Part shown: positions 18,001 to 33,305 of the stretch, piece after piece
Numbering within the stretch: the first letter of the stretch is position 1
Layout: every line of letters begins with the position of its first letter
Source of the DNA: Eledone cirrhosa
Taxonomy: Eukaryota
Length of the DNA: 64,000 nucleotides
Direction: 5' to 3'
NCBI GenBank assembly: GCA_964016885.1
Contig: OZ024756.1
Coordinates: 5,828,001 to 5,892,000 of the forward strand
Notes under the pieces: model-generated
Databases searched by the model: none
The model's input: the letters and a program-made list of their open reading frames with translations, nothing else
What the model was told of the DNA's origin: nothing
Made by a program: the position numbers and the translations under genes

Positions 18001-21000
18001 ACAGTTACTATATATAGAAAGACAGTTACTATATATAGAAAGACAGTTGCTATATATTGACAGACAGTTACTATATATAGAAAGACAGTTACTATATATA
18101 GCAAGACACAGTTGCTATATACAGAAAGAAACAGTTACTATATATAGACAGACACAGTTACTATATATAGAAAGACAGTTACTATATATAGAAAGACAGT
18201 TATTATATATAGACAGACACAATTACTATATATAGACAGATACAGTTACTATATATAGAAAGACAGTTACTATATATAGAAAGACAGTTACTATATATAG
18301 AAACACAGTTACTATATATAGAAAGACAGTTACTATATATAGACAGACACAGTTACTATATATAGACAGATACAGTTACTATATATAGACACACAGTTAC
18401 TATATATAGAAAGACAGTTACTATATATAGAAAGACACAGTTACTATATATAGAAAGACAGTTACTATATATAGAAAGACACAGTTACTATATATAGAAA
18501 GACAGTTACTATATATAGAAAGACAGTTACTATATATAGAAAGACAGTTACTATATATAGAAAGACAGTTACTATATATAGAAAGACACAGTTACTATAT
18601 ATAGAAAGACAGTTACTATATATAGAAAGACAGTTACTGCATATAGAAAGACACAGTTACTATATATAGAAAGACAGTTACTATATATAGAAAGACAGTT
18701 AGTATATATAGAAAGACACAGTTACTATATATAGAAATACAGTTACTATATATAGAAAGACAGTTACTATATATAGAAAGACAGTTACTATATATAGAAA
18801 GACAGTTACTATATATAGAAAGACACAGTTACTATATATGGAAAGACAGTTACTATATATAGAAAGACAGTTACTACATATCGAAAAACACAGTTACTAT
18901 ATATAGAAAGACAGTTACTATATATAGAAAGACAGTTACTATATATAGAAAGACACAGTTACTATATATAGAAAGACAGTTACTATATATAGATAGACAG
19001 TTGCTATATATAGAAAGACAGTTACTATATATAGAAAGACAGTTACTATATATAGAAAGACAGTTGCTATATATAGAAAGACACAGTTACTATATATAGA
19101 AAGACAGTTACTATATATAGAAAGACAATTGCTATATATTGACAGACAGTTACTATATATAGAAAGACACAGTTACTATATATAGAAAGACAGTTACTAT
19201 ATATAGAAAGACAGTTAATATATATAGACAGACACAGTTACTATATATGGAAAGACAGTTACTATATATAGAAAGACCGTTACTATATATAGAAAGACAG
19301 TTACTATATATAGAAAGACAGTTACTATATATAGAAAGACAGTTACTATATATAGAAAGACAGTTACTATATATAGAAAGACAGTTGCTATATATAGAAA
19401 GACAGTTACTATATATAGAAAGACAGTTACTATATATAGAAAGACACAGTTGCTATATATAGAAAGACACAGTTGCTATATATAGAAAGACAGTTAATAT
19501 ATATAGACAGACAGTTACTATATATAGAAAGACAGTTACTATATATAGAAAGACAGTTGCTATATATAGAAAGACACAGATACTATATATAGAAAGACAG
19601 TTACTATATATAGAAAGACAGTTGCTATATATTGACAGACAGTTACTATATATAGAAAGACAGTTACTATATATAGCAAGACACAGTTGCTATACACAGA
19701 AAGAAACAGTTACTATATATAGACAGACACAGTTACTATATATAGAAAGACAGTTACTATATATAGAAAGACAGTTACTATATATAGAAAGACAATTACT
19801 ATATATAGACAGACACAGTTACTATATATAGACAGACACAGTTACTATATATAGAGAGATACAGTTACTATATATAGACAGATACAGTTACTATATATAG
19901 AAAGACAGTTACTATATATAGACAGATACAGTTACTATATATAGAAAGACACAGTTACTATATATAGAAAGACAGGTACTATATATAGAAAGACAGTTAC
20001 TATATATAGAAAGACAGTTACTATATATAGAAAGACACAGTTTCTATATATAGAAAGACAGTTACTATATATAGAAAGACAGTTACTATATATAGAAAGA
20101 CACAGTTACTGTATATAGAAAGACAGTTACTATATATAGAAAGACACAGTTACTATATATAGAAAGACAGTTACTATATATAGAAAGACACAGTTACTAT
20201 ATATAGAAATACAGTTACTATATATAGAAAGACAGTCACTATATATAGAAAGACAGTTACTATATATAGAAAGACAGTTACTATATATAGAAAGACACAG
20301 TTACTATATATAGAAAGACAGTTACTATATATAGAAAGACAGTTACTATATATAGAAAGACAGTTACTATATATAGACAGACACAGTTACTATATATGGA
20401 AAGACAGTTACTATATATAAAAAGACAGTTACTATATATAGAAAGACAGTTACTGCATATAGAAATACAGTTACTATATATAGAAAGACAGTTACTATAT
20501 ATAGAAAGACAGTTACTATATATAGAAAGACACAGTTACTATATATAGAAAGACAGTTACTATATATAGAAAGACAGTTAATATATATAGACAGACACAG
20601 TTACTATATATGGAAAGACAGTTACTATATATAGAAAGACCGTTACTATATATAGAAAGACAGTTACTATATATAGAAAGACAGTTACTATATATAGAAA
20701 TACAGTTACTATATATAGAAAGACACAGTTACTATATATAGAAAGACAGTTACTATATATAGAAAGACAGTTGCTATATATAGAAAGACAGTTACTATAT
20801 ATAGAAAGACAGTTACTATATATAGAAAGACGCAGTTGCTATATATAGAAAGACACAGTTGCTATATATAGAAAGACAGTTAATATATATAGACAGACAG
20901 TTACTATATATAGAACGACAGTTACTATATATAGAAAGACAGTTACTATATATAGAAAGACAGTTACTATATATAGAAAGACACAGTTACTATATATAGA

Positions 21001-24000
21001 AAGACAGTTGCTATATATAGAAAGACACAGTTACTATATATAGAAAGACAGTTACTATATATAGAAAGACAGTTGCTATATATTGACAGACAGTTACTAT
21101 ATATAGAAAGACAGTTACTATATATAGCAAGACACAGTTGCTATATACAGAAAGAAACAGTTACTATATATAGACAGACACAGTTACTATATATAGAAAG
21201 ACAGTTACTATATATAGAAAGACAGTTATTATATATAGACAGACACAATTACTATATATAGACAGATACAGTTACTATATATAGAAAGACAGTTACTATA
21301 TATAGAAAGACAGTTACTATATATAGAAACACAGTTACTATATATAGAAAGACAGTTACTATATATAGACAGACACAGTTACTATATATAGACAGATACA
21401 GTTACTATATATAGACACACAGTTACTATATATAGAAAGACAGTTACTATATATAGAACGACACAGTTACTATATATAGAAAGACAGTTACTATATATAG
21501 AAAGACACAGTTACTATATATAGAAAGACAGTTACTATATATAGAAAGACAGTTACTATATATAGAAAGACAGTTACTATATATAGAAAGACAGTTACTA
21601 CATATAGAAAGACACAGTTATTATATATAGAAAGACAGTTACTATATATAGAAAGACAGTTACTGCATATAGAAAGACACAGTTACTATATATAGAAAGA
21701 CAGTTACTATATATAGAAAGACAGTTGCTATATATTGACAGACAGTTACTATATATAGAAAGACAGTTACTATATATAGCAAGACACAGTTGCTATACAC
21801 AGAAAGAAACAGTTACTATATATAGACAGACACAGTTACTATATATAGAAAGACAGTTACTATATATAGAAAGACAGTTACTATATATAGAAAGACAATT
21901 ACTATATATAGACAGACACAGTTACTATATATAGACAGACACAGTTACTATATATAGAGAGATACAGTTACTATATATAGACAGATACAGTTACTATATA
22001 TAGAAAGACAGTTACTATATATAGACAGATACAGTTACTATATATAGAAAGACACAGTTACTATATATAGAAAGACAGGTACTATATATAGAAAGACAGT
22101 TACTATATATAGAAAGACAGTTACTATATATAGAAAGACACAGTTTCTATATATAGAAAGACAGTTACTATATATAGAAAGACACAGTTACTGTATATAG
22201 AAAGACAGTTACTATATATAGAAAGACACAGTTACTATATATAGAAAGACAGTTACTATATATAGAAAGACACAGTTACTATATATAGAAATACAGTTAC
22301 TATATATAGAAAGACAGTCACTATATATAGAAAGACAGTTACTATATATAGAAAGACAGTTACTATATATAGAAAGACACAGTTACTATATATAGAAAGA
22401 CAGTTACTATATATAGAAAGACAGTTACTATATATAGAAAGACAGTTACTATATATAGACAGACACAGTTACTATATATGGAAAGACAGTTACTATATAT
22501 AGAAAGACAGTTACTATATATCGAAAAACACAGTTACTATATATAAAAAGACAGTTACTATATATAGAAAGACAGTTACTGCATATAGAAATACAGTTAC
22601 TATATATAGAAAGACAGTTACTATATATAGAAAGACAGTTACTATATATAGAAAGACACAGTTACTATATATAGAAAGACAGTTACTATATATAGAAAGA
22701 CAGTTAATATATATAGACAGACACAGTTACTATATATGGAAAGACAGTTACTATATATAGAAAGACCGTTACTATATATAGAAAGACAGTTACTATATAT
22801 AGAAAGACAGTTACTATATATAGAAAGACAGTTACTATATATAGAAAGACACAGTTACTATATATAGAAAGACAGTTACTATATATAGAAAGACAGTTGC
22901 TATATATAGAAAGACAGTTACTATATATAGAAAGACAGTTACTATATATAGAAAGACGCAGTTGCTATATATAGAAAGACACAGTTGCTATATATAGAAA
23001 GACAGTTAATATATATAGACAGACAGTTACTATATATAGAAAGACAGTTACTATATATAGAAAGACAGTTGCTATATATAGAAATACACAGTTACTATAT
23101 ATAGAAAGACAGTTATTATATATAGAAAGACAGTTGCTATATATTGACAGACAGTTACTATATATAGAAAGACAGTTACTATATATAGCAAGACACAGTT
23201 GCTATATACAGAAAGAAACAGTTACTATATATAGACAGACACAGTTACTATATATAGAAAGACAGTTACTATATATAGAAAGACAGTTATTATATATAGA
23301 CAGACACAATTACTATATATAGACAGATACACTTACTATATATAGAAAGACAGTTACTATATATAGAAAGACAGTTACTATATATAGAAACACAGTTACT
23401 ATATATAGAAAGACAGTTACTATATATAGACAGACACAGTTACTATATATAGACAGATACAGTTACTATATATAGACACACAGTTACTATATATAGAAAG
23501 ACAGTTACTATATATAGAAAGACACAGTTACTATATATAGAAAGACAGTTACTATATATAGAAAGACACAGTTACTATATATAGAAAGACAGTTACTATA
23601 TATAGAAAGACAGTTACTATATATAGAAAGACACAGTTACTATATATAGAAAGACAGTTACTATATATAGAAAGACAGTTACTGCATATAGAAAGACACA
23701 GTTACTATATATAGAAAGACAGTTACTATATATAGAAAGACAGTTACTATATATAGAAAGACACAGTTACTATATATAGAAATACAGTTACTATATATAG
23801 AAAGACAGTTACTATATATAGAAAGACAGTTACTATATATAGAAAGACAGTTACTATATATAGAAAGACACAGTTACTATATATGGAAAGACAGTTACTA
23901 TATATAGAAAGACAGTTACTACATATCGAAAAACACAGTTACTATATATAGAAAGACAGTTACTATATATAGAAAGACAGTTACTATATATAGAAAGACA

Positions 24001-27000
24001 CAGTTACTATATATAGAAAGACAGTTACTATATATAGAAAGACAGTTGCTATATATAGAAAGACAGTTACTATATATAGAAAGACAGTTACTATATATAG
24101 AAAGACAGTTGCTATATATAGAAAGACACAGTTACTATATATAGAAAGACAGTTACTATATATAGAAAGACAGTTGCTATATATTGACAGACAGTTACTA
24201 TATATAGAAAGACACAGTTACTATATATAGAAAGACAGTTACTATATATAGAAAGACAGTTAATATATATAGACAGACACATTTACTATATATGGAAAGA
24301 CAGTTACTATATATAGAAAGACCGTTACTATATATAGAAAGACAGTTACTATATATAGAAAGACAGTTACTATATATAGAAAGACAGTTACTATATATAG
24401 AAAGACACAGTTACTATATATAGAAAGACAGTTACTATATATAGAAAGACAGTTGCTATATATAGAAAGACAGTTACTATATATAGAAAGACAGTTACTA
24501 TATATAGAAAGACACAGTTGCTATATATAGAAAGACACAGTTGCTATATATAGAAAGACAGTTAATATATATAGACAGACAGTTACTATATATAGAAAGA
24601 CAGTTACTATATATAGAAAGACAGTTGCTATATATAGAAAGACACAGTTACTATATATAGAAAGACAGTTACTATATATAGAAAGACAGTTGCTATATAT
24701 TGACAGACAGTTACTATATATAGAAAGACAGTTACTATATATAGCAAGACACAGTTGCTATACACAGAAAGAAACAGTTACTATATATAGACAGACACAG
24801 TTACTATATATAGAAAGACAGTTACTATATATAGAAAGACAGTTACTATATATAGAAAGACAATTACTATATATAGACAGACACAGTTACTATATATAGA
24901 CAGACACAGTTACTATATATAGAGAGATACAGTTACTATATATAGACAGATACAGTTACTATATATAGAAAGACAGTTACTATATATAGACAGATACAGT
25001 TACTATATATAGAAAGACACAGTTACTATATATAGAAAGACAGGTACTATATATAGAAAGACAGTTACTATATATAGAAAGACAGTTACTATATATAGAA
25101 AGACACAGTTTCTATATATAGAAAGACAGTTACTATATATAGAAAGACAGTTACTATATATAGAAAGACACAGTTACTGTATATAGAAAGACAGTTACTA
25201 TATATAGAAAGACACAGTTACTATATATAGAAAGACAGTTACTATATATAGAAAGACACAGTTACTATATATAGAAATACATTTACTATATATAGAAAGA
25301 CAGTCACTATATATAGAAAGACAGTTACTATATATAGAAAGACAGTTACTATATATAGAAAGACACAGTTAATATATATAGAAAGACAGTTACTATATAT
25401 AGAAAGACAGTTACTATATATAGAAAGACAGTTACTATATATAGACAGACGCAGTTACTATATATGGAAAGACAGTTACTATATATAGAAAGACAGTTAC
25501 TATATATCGAAAAACACAGTTACTATATATAAAAAGACAGTTACTATATATAGAAAGACAGTTACTGCATATAGAAATACAGTTACTATATATAGAAAGA
25601 CAGTTACTATATATAGAAAGACAGTTACTATATATAGAAAGACACAGTTACTATATATAGAAAGACAGTTACTATATATAGAAAGACAGTTAATATATAT
25701 AGACAGACACAGTTACTATATATGGAAAGACAGTTACTATATATAGAAAGACCGTTACTATATATAGAAAGACAGTTACTATATATAGAAAGACAGTTAC
25801 TATATATAGAAAGACAGTTACTATATATAGAAAGACACAGTTACTATATATAGAAAGACAGTTACTATATATAGAAAGACAGTTGCTATATATAGAAAGA
25901 CAGTTACTATATATAGAAAGACAGTTACTATATATAGAAAGACGCAGTTGCTATATATAGAAAGACACAGTTGCTATATATAGAAAGACAGTTAATATAT
26001 ATAGACAGACAGTTACTATATATAGAAAGACAGTTACTATATATAGAAAGACAGTTGCTATATATAGAAAGACACAGTTACTATATATAGAAAGACAGTT
26101 ACTATATATAGAAAGACAGTTGCTATATATTGACAGACAGTTACTATATATAGAAAGACAGTTACTATATATAGCAAGACACAGTTGCTATATACAGAAA
26201 GAAACAGTTACTATATATAGACAGACACATTTACTATATATAGAAAGACAGTTACTATATATAGAAAGACAGTTACTATATATAGAAAGACAATTACTAT
26301 ATATAGACAGACACAGTTACTATATATAGACAGACACAGTTACTATATATAGAGAGATACAGTTACTATATATAGACAGATACAGTTACTATATATAGAA
26401 AGACAGTTACTATATATAGACAGATACAGTTACTATATATAGAAAGACACAGTTACTATATATAGATAGACAGTTACTATATATAGAAAGACAGTTACTA
26501 TATATAGAAAGACAGTTACTATATATAGAAAGACACAGTTTCTATATATAGAAAGACAGTTACTATATATAGAAAGACAGTTACTATATATAGAAAGACA
26601 CAGTTACTGTATATAGAAAGACAGTTACTATATATAGAAAGACAGTTACTCTATATAGAAAGACACAGTTACTATATATAGAAAGACAGTTACTATATAT
26701 AGAAAGGCAGTTACTATATATAGAAAGACAGTTACTATGTATAGAAAGACAGTTACTATATATAGAAAGACAGTTACTATATATAGAAAGACACATTTAC
26801 TATATATAGACAGACACAGTTACTATATATAGAAAGGCAGTTACTATATATAGACAGACACAGTTACTATATATAGACAGATACAGTTACTATATATAGA
26901 CAGATACAGTTACTATATATAGAAATAGTGTTACTATATATAGAAATACAGTTACTATATATAGAAAGGCACAGTTACTATTTATAGAAAGACAGTTACT

Positions 27001-29481
27001 ATATATAGAAAGACCCAGTTACTATATATAGAAAGACAGTTACTATATATAGAAATAGAGTTACTATATATAGAAAGACAATTACTATATACAGAAAGAC
27101 ACAGTTACTATATATAGAAAGACACAGTTACTATATATAGAAAGACAGTTACTATACATAGAAAGACAGTTACTATATATAGAAATACAGTTACTATATA
27201 TAGAAAGACAGTTGCTATATATATAAAGACACAGTTACTATATATAAAAAGACAGTTGCTATATATAGACAGACAATTACTATATATAGAAAGACAGTTA
27301 CTATATATAGAAAGACACAGTTGCTATATATAGAAAGACACAGTTGCTATATATAGAAAGACAGTTAATATATATAGACAGACAGTTACTATATATAGAA
27401 ATACAGTTACTATATATAGAAAGACAGTTGCTATATATAGAAAGACACAGTTACTATATATAGAAAGACAGTTACTATATATACAAAGACAGTTGCTATA
27501 TATAGACAGACAGTTACTATATATAGAAAGACAGTTACTATATATAGCAAGACACAGTTGCTATATATAGAAAGACACAGTTACTATATATAGACAGACA
27601 CAGTTACTATATATAGAAAGACAGTTAATATATTTAGAAAGACAGTTACTATATATAGAAAGACAATTACTATATATAGACAGACACAGTTACTATATAT
27701 AGACAGACACAGTTACTATATATGGACAGATACAGTTACTATATATAGACAGATACAGTTACTATATATAGAAAGACAGTTACTATATATAGAAATACAG
27801 TTACTATATATAGAAAGACAGTTACTATAAATAGAAAGACAGTTACTATATATAGAAAGACACAGTTTCTATATATAGAAAGACAGTTACTATATATAGA
27901 AAGACAGTTACTATATATAGAAATACAGTTACCATATATAGAAAGACAGTTACTATATATAGAAAGACAGTTACTATATATAGAAAGACAGTTACTATAT
28001 ATCGAAAGACAGTTACAATATATAGACAGACACAGTTACTATATATAGAAAGACAGTTGCTATATATAGAAAGACAGTTACTATATATAGAAAGACAGTT
28101 ACTATATATAGAAAGACAGTTACTATATATAGAAAGACACAGTTGCTATATATAGAAAGACAGTTACTATATATAGACAGACAGTTACTATATATAGCAA
28201 GACAGTTACTATATATAGAAATTCCAGTTACTATATATAGAAAGACAGTTACTATATATAGAAAAACACAGTTACTATATATATAAAGACAGTTACTATA
28301 TATAGACAGACAGTTACTATATATAGAAAGACAGTTACTATATATAGAAAGACAGTTACTATATATAGAAAGACACAGTTACTATATATGAAAGACAGTT
28401 ACTATATATAGACAGACAGTTACTATATATAGACAGACATTTACTATATATAGCAAGACAGTTACTATATATAGAAAGACCCAGTTACTATATATAGAAA
28501 GACAGTTACTATATATAGAAAGACACAGTTACTATATATAGAAAGACAGTTACTATATATAGAGAGACAGTTACTATATATAGAAAGACAGTTACTATAT
28601 ATAGAAAGACAGTTACTATATATAGAAAGACAGTTACTATATATAGAAAGACACAGTTACTATATATAGAAAGACAGTTACTATATATAGAAAGACAGTT
28701 TCTATATATAGAAAGACAGTTACTATATATAGAAAGAGAGTTACTATATATAGAAAGACAGTTACTATATATAGAAAGACAGTTACTATATATAGAAAGA
28801 TACAGTTGCTATATATAGAAAGACAGTTACTATATAATGAAAAACACAGTTACTATATATAGAAAGACAGTTACTATATATAGAAAGACACAATTACTAT
28901 ATATAGAAAGACAGTTACTATATATAGACAGACAGTTACTAAATATAGAAAGACAGTTACTATATATAGAAAGACACAGTTACTGTATATAGAAAGACAG
29001 TTACTATATATAGACAGACAGTTACTATATATAGAAAGACAGTTACTATATATAGAAAGGCAGTTACTATATATAGAAAGACACAGTTACTATATATAGA
29101 AAGACAGTTACTATATATAGAAAGACACAGTTACTATATATAGAAAGACAGTTACTATATATAGAAAGACAGTTACTATATATAGAAAGACACAATTACT
29201 ATATATAGAAAGACAGTTACTATATATAGAAAGACACAGTTACTATATATAGAAAGACAGTTACTATATATAGAAAGACAGTTACTATATATAGAATGAC
29301 AGTTACTATAGATAGAAAGACACAGTTACTATATATAGAAAGACAGTTACTATATATAGAAAGACACTTACTCTATATTGAAAGACACAGTTACTATATA
29401 TAGAAAGACACAGTTACTATGTATAGAAAGACACAGTTACTATATATATAGAAAGACAGTTACTATATATAGAAAGACAGT
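1..29481. repeat. Satellite array, 21-bp monomer GTTACTATATATAGAAAGACA with 23-bp variants (extra CA); runs off the left edge of the window
   Basis: Continuous tandem copies are directly visible. The monomer contains the palindrome CTATATATAG. Variant monomers recur in ordered blocks. Confidence 0.99.
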
Positions 29482-29690
29482 TTCTTATATAGGCACTAGG
29501 CCAGCAATATTTGGGGCAGGAGAAAGTCGAGTAAATCGCCCCCCATGCGTAACAGATACTTTATTTTTTCGACCCCGTTAGGATGAAAGGCAAAGTTAAC
29601 CTCGGCAGGATTTGAACTCAGATCATAAAGGGCCGTAACTCAATGCTGCAAGGCATGGCGCCCGAGCCTCTTATCGATACTACAAATGTC
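29480..29690 (-). mobile_element. tRNA-derived SINE copy abutting the satellite
   Basis: Reverse complement of the family seen at 34260-34680 (GAGTTCAAATCC B-box-like motif, AACTTTGCCTTTCATCC core, 3' end GTGCCTATATAAGAAAC). Confidence 0.85.
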
Positions 29691-30098
29691 GGTGTTTTTA
29701 ATAACGCAATACTGTTGTTGGCGGAAGTAGGTACATTTTTGTGTTTCTCGTAAATGGATGATACTTAATCTTCTGTTAGTTTTAGCAATGGTGACTATCT
29801 TGTCCCCAATTTAAAAAAACAACAACAATCAAACATCCATTTGAACCAAGGATAAGATATTAATCAATGTTGTGTCTGTAATACAGTATACACCTGATAG
29901 TAATCCATCTACAGTTGTCATATTTAACACAGTTTGAATCACAGGTTTCTGTCCACTTCCGGTGCGCCATTGATGTTATATAGCTATCAAACAGTCAATG
30001 ATTGTCAGAAATTAAGTAGATCGGTCTTTTTACGCTGTTAAAGATTCGGCTAAACTTATGTCTTTTCAAGTAATAACTCACTCTCTGGCCTTATATCA

Positions 30099-31675
30099 TG
30101 TGTGTGTGTGTGTGTATTTGTGTATGTATGTGTGTATATATATGTGTGTATGTGTGTCTATGTGTCTATATGTGTGTGCATGTGTGTCTGTGTGTGTGTA
30201 TGTGTCTATATGTATGTGTGTATGTGCGTATGTATGTCTATGTTTGTGTGTGTGTGTATGTGTGTATATATCTGCGTGTGTATGTGTGCGTGTGTGTCTA
30301 TATGTCTGTGTGAATATGTGTGTCTGTCTTCATGTGAATCAGTGTGTATGTGTCTATATGTGTGTATGTTTGTGTGTGTGCGTCTATGCGTGTGTGTCTA
30401 TGTATGTGTGTACGTGTGTGTATGTGTGTGCGTGTGTATCTATGTGTGGGTGTATGTGTGTGTGTGTGTGTGTCTATGTGCGTGTATGTGAATGTGTGCG
30501 ATGTGTGCATGTGTCTATATGTGTGTGTTTATGTGTCTATATGTGTGTGTTTATGTGTGTTTGTCTCAGTGTGTCTGTGTATGTGTATCTGTATGAGTAA
30601 AGGTGTGTGTATGTGTGTCTATATATCTATGTGTAATGTGTATGTATGTATGTATATGTGTGTCTGTCTATGTGTGAATGTGCGCGCGTGGGTGTTTGTC
30701 TGTCTGTCTATGTGTGTGTAAGTGTGTGTGTATGCTTCTATATGTGTATATGTGTGTATGTGTGTCTATGTGTCTATATGTGTGTGCACGTGTGTCTGTG
30801 TGTGTGTATGTGTCTATATGTATGTGTGTATGTGCGTATGTATGTCTATGTTTTTATATGTGTGTGTGTATGTGTGTATGTGTGTCTATCTTTCTATATG
30901 TGTGTGTGTATGTGTGTGTGTGTGTTTGTATGTGTGTATATGTTTCTATATATGTGTGAGGTGTCTATGTTTCTATATGTGCGTGTGTATGTGTGTATGA
31001 GTGTGTCTGTGTGTCTGCGTGTGTATGTGTGTGTGCATGTGTGTGTATGTGTGCGTGTGTGTAAGTGTGCGTGTGTGTCTGCGTGTGTATGTGTGTGTGT
31101 ATGTATGTATGTATGTATGTTTTTATATATGTGTGTGTATGTGTGTGTGTGTGTCTATGTTTCTATATCTGTGTCTGTATGTGTGTCTATGTTTCTATAT
31201 ATGTGTGTGTATCTGTGTGTGTATGTGTCTGTGTGTGTATGTGTGTGCATGTGTGTGTGTATGTATGTGTCTGTGTGTATGTGTCTGTATGTGTATGGGT
31301 GTGTCTGTATGTGTGTGTATATGTGTGTATGTGTGTGTCTGTGCATGTGTTTGTGTGTGTGTGTCTGTGTGTGTGTCTGTATGTGTGTGTATGTGTGTGC
31401 CTGTGTATGTGTCTGTGTGTGTCTGTGTGGGTGTGTGTCTGTGTGTGTATGTGTGTATATGTGTGTGTGTATGTGTCTGTGTGGGTATGTGTGTGTATGT
31501 GTGTGTGTATGTGTCTGTGTGTGTATGTTTGTGTCTGTGTGTGTATGTGTGTATATGTGTGTGTGTATGTGTCTGTGTGGGTATGTGTGTGTTTGTGTGG
31601 GTATGTGTATGTGTGTTGTATGTATGTGTGTGTTTGTGTGGGTATGTGTGTGTGTATGTATGTGTGTGTCGGTGT

Positions 31676-31715
<40 letters not shown>

Positions 31716-31826
31716 TTGTGTGTATATATGTCTGTGTATGTGGGTGTATGTCTGTGTGTATGTGTCTGTGTGTGTATCTGTGTGTATATGTGTGCATGTG
31801 TGTGTGTATGTGTGTGTGTATGTGTG
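30099..31826. repeat. Degenerate (TG)n/(TATG)n microsatellite tract
   Basis: About 1.7 kb of TG-dominated simple sequence. All ORFs here are V/C/Y/M or H/T/I low-complexity artefacts. Confidence 0.97.
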
Positions 31827-31964
31827 AACAGATGACGTAGTTATCAACCCCCCTATACCATTAATACCTCAATGATACAAACTTTGTAGTTATGTTCCAG
31901 GTTTCTCACCTGTAGGTGACAGTCGACTAATACACCGGCTTTTATATTAAACAATTATATTATT

Positions 31965-32150
31965 AGATTGGCAGTGTTGGTAGAGGGTCGGACGCCATGC
32001 TTTGACGCATGGAGTTACCGCCCTTACCATTCTGAGTTCAAATCCCGCCGAGGTTAACTTTGCCTTTCATCCTTACGTGGTCGATAAAATAAAGTACCAG
32101 TAATACACGGAGTAATTTGCTGGTCTTGTACCAATAGTAGAAACAATTAT
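31965..32150 (+). mobile_element. SINE copy (same family)
   Basis: GAGTTCAAATCCCGCCGAGGTTAACTTTGCCTTTCATCC...GTCGATAAAATAAAGTACCAG...TAGAAACAATTAT. Confidence 0.85.
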
Positions 32151-32159
32151 GTCTTAATA

Positions 32160-32552
32160 AGGCGGTGGATTAGCCGTGACGTTAGAGGGGACAACATGCT
32201 TTATGGCATAGGGTTGCCACCCTTTACGATCAGAGTTCAAATCCTGCCGAGGTTAACTTTGTCTTTCATCCTTATGGGATCGATAAAGGCCAACAATTTG
32301 GAGAGGGGGGGGTCGATTAAATCGAAGCCAGTGCATTACTGGTGCTTAGAATCGGTGGAGCGTTGCATGCCATGCTTTATAGCAGATGGTTACACCTCTT
32401 TACGATCTGATTTCAAATCCCGTCGGAGTTTAACTTTGTCTTTCATCCTTACGAGGTCGATAAAATAAATTACCTGTAATGCACTGGTGTCGATTTAATC
32501 GATTTTCCCCTACCTCCAAATTGTTGGCATTATGCCTAAATCGGGAACCCTT
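32160..32552 (+). mobile_element. Two tandem SINE copies; the 3' part of the first (about 32287-32347) is inverted
   Basis: Two copies of the TTCAAATCC...AACTTTGTCTTTCATCC core. The segment GGCCAACAATTTGGAGAG...CCAGTGCATTACTGG matches the SINE 3' half in reverse. Confidence 0.75.
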
Positions 32553-32894
32553 ATATTAAGTCTTAATATATCGGAGGGAAGATCGAATAAAACTTCGATA
32601 TATTCGTAGTTATCACCATACCAAGTGAAGATCAAGCCCTTCGCCTTAGATATCTCCATTCAATTTTTTGTAAATATAAATTCCAGAGTTGTCTCTCATA
32701 TTTCTTTTGAAAATAATTTTCATTAATGGTAATAGCACACGTGTTCTCATTACGAGTTTAATTCAAATTGATTAAGCGTATTTTTGTGTCTCATAACTTT
32801 AATTATGCTGGGTGTCACTTGTCGGTATATTCCGCACATGAATATGATCAAATATTTGAATAATGATTTCCAATTTAATTATAACTTTTTAATT

Positions 32895-33100
32895 TAGACA
32901 CGAGGCCAAATATTCTGTTGGAAGGTAAAAACTGATGAAATCGACTCCGGTATTTCACTGGTATTTTATTTTATCAAACCTCGAAGGAGGAAAGGCAAAG
33001 TTGATCACAACGGGATTTGAACACAGGATGTTAAGGGCCTTAACTAAATGACGAACCCATGCTGTGCGACTCTCCAAGGATTCTGCCTATCCACCGCCCT
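32895..33100 (-). mobile_element. Diverged SINE copy
   Basis: GAAAGGCAAAGTTGA...GGGATTTGAAC...ATCCACCGCC, the reverse complement of the family. Confidence 0.75.
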
Positions 33101-33114
33101 CCTCTATATTTGAA

Positions 33115-33305
33115 TAATTGTTTCTACTTTTGGCACAATGCCAAACACAACCAGTACCATACTGGTACTTTATTTTATCGACCACGTAAGGATGAAAGGC
33201 AAGGTTAACCTCGGCGGGATTTTGAAATCAGAATGGCAAGGGCCGTAACTCTTTGCTGCAAAGCATGGCGTCCGATCCTCTACCGATACTTCTAATCCAC
33301 CGCCA
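33115..33305 (-). mobile_element. SINE copy
   Basis: TTGTTTCTACTT...CTGGTACTTTATTTTATCGACC...GGATGAAAGGCAAGGTTAACCTCGGCGGGATTT...AATCCACCGCC. Confidence 0.85.

Noticed and set aside
1-29481. Satellite as a CRISPR array or as repeated small ORFs (LLYIERQ, CLSIYSN)
   Set aside because: There are no unique spacers and no cas genes. The ORFs are a by-product of the 21-bp period.
30058-31847. Long Cys/Val-rich and His/Thr-rich ORFs
   Set aside because: Translations of (TG)n/(CA)n simple sequence.
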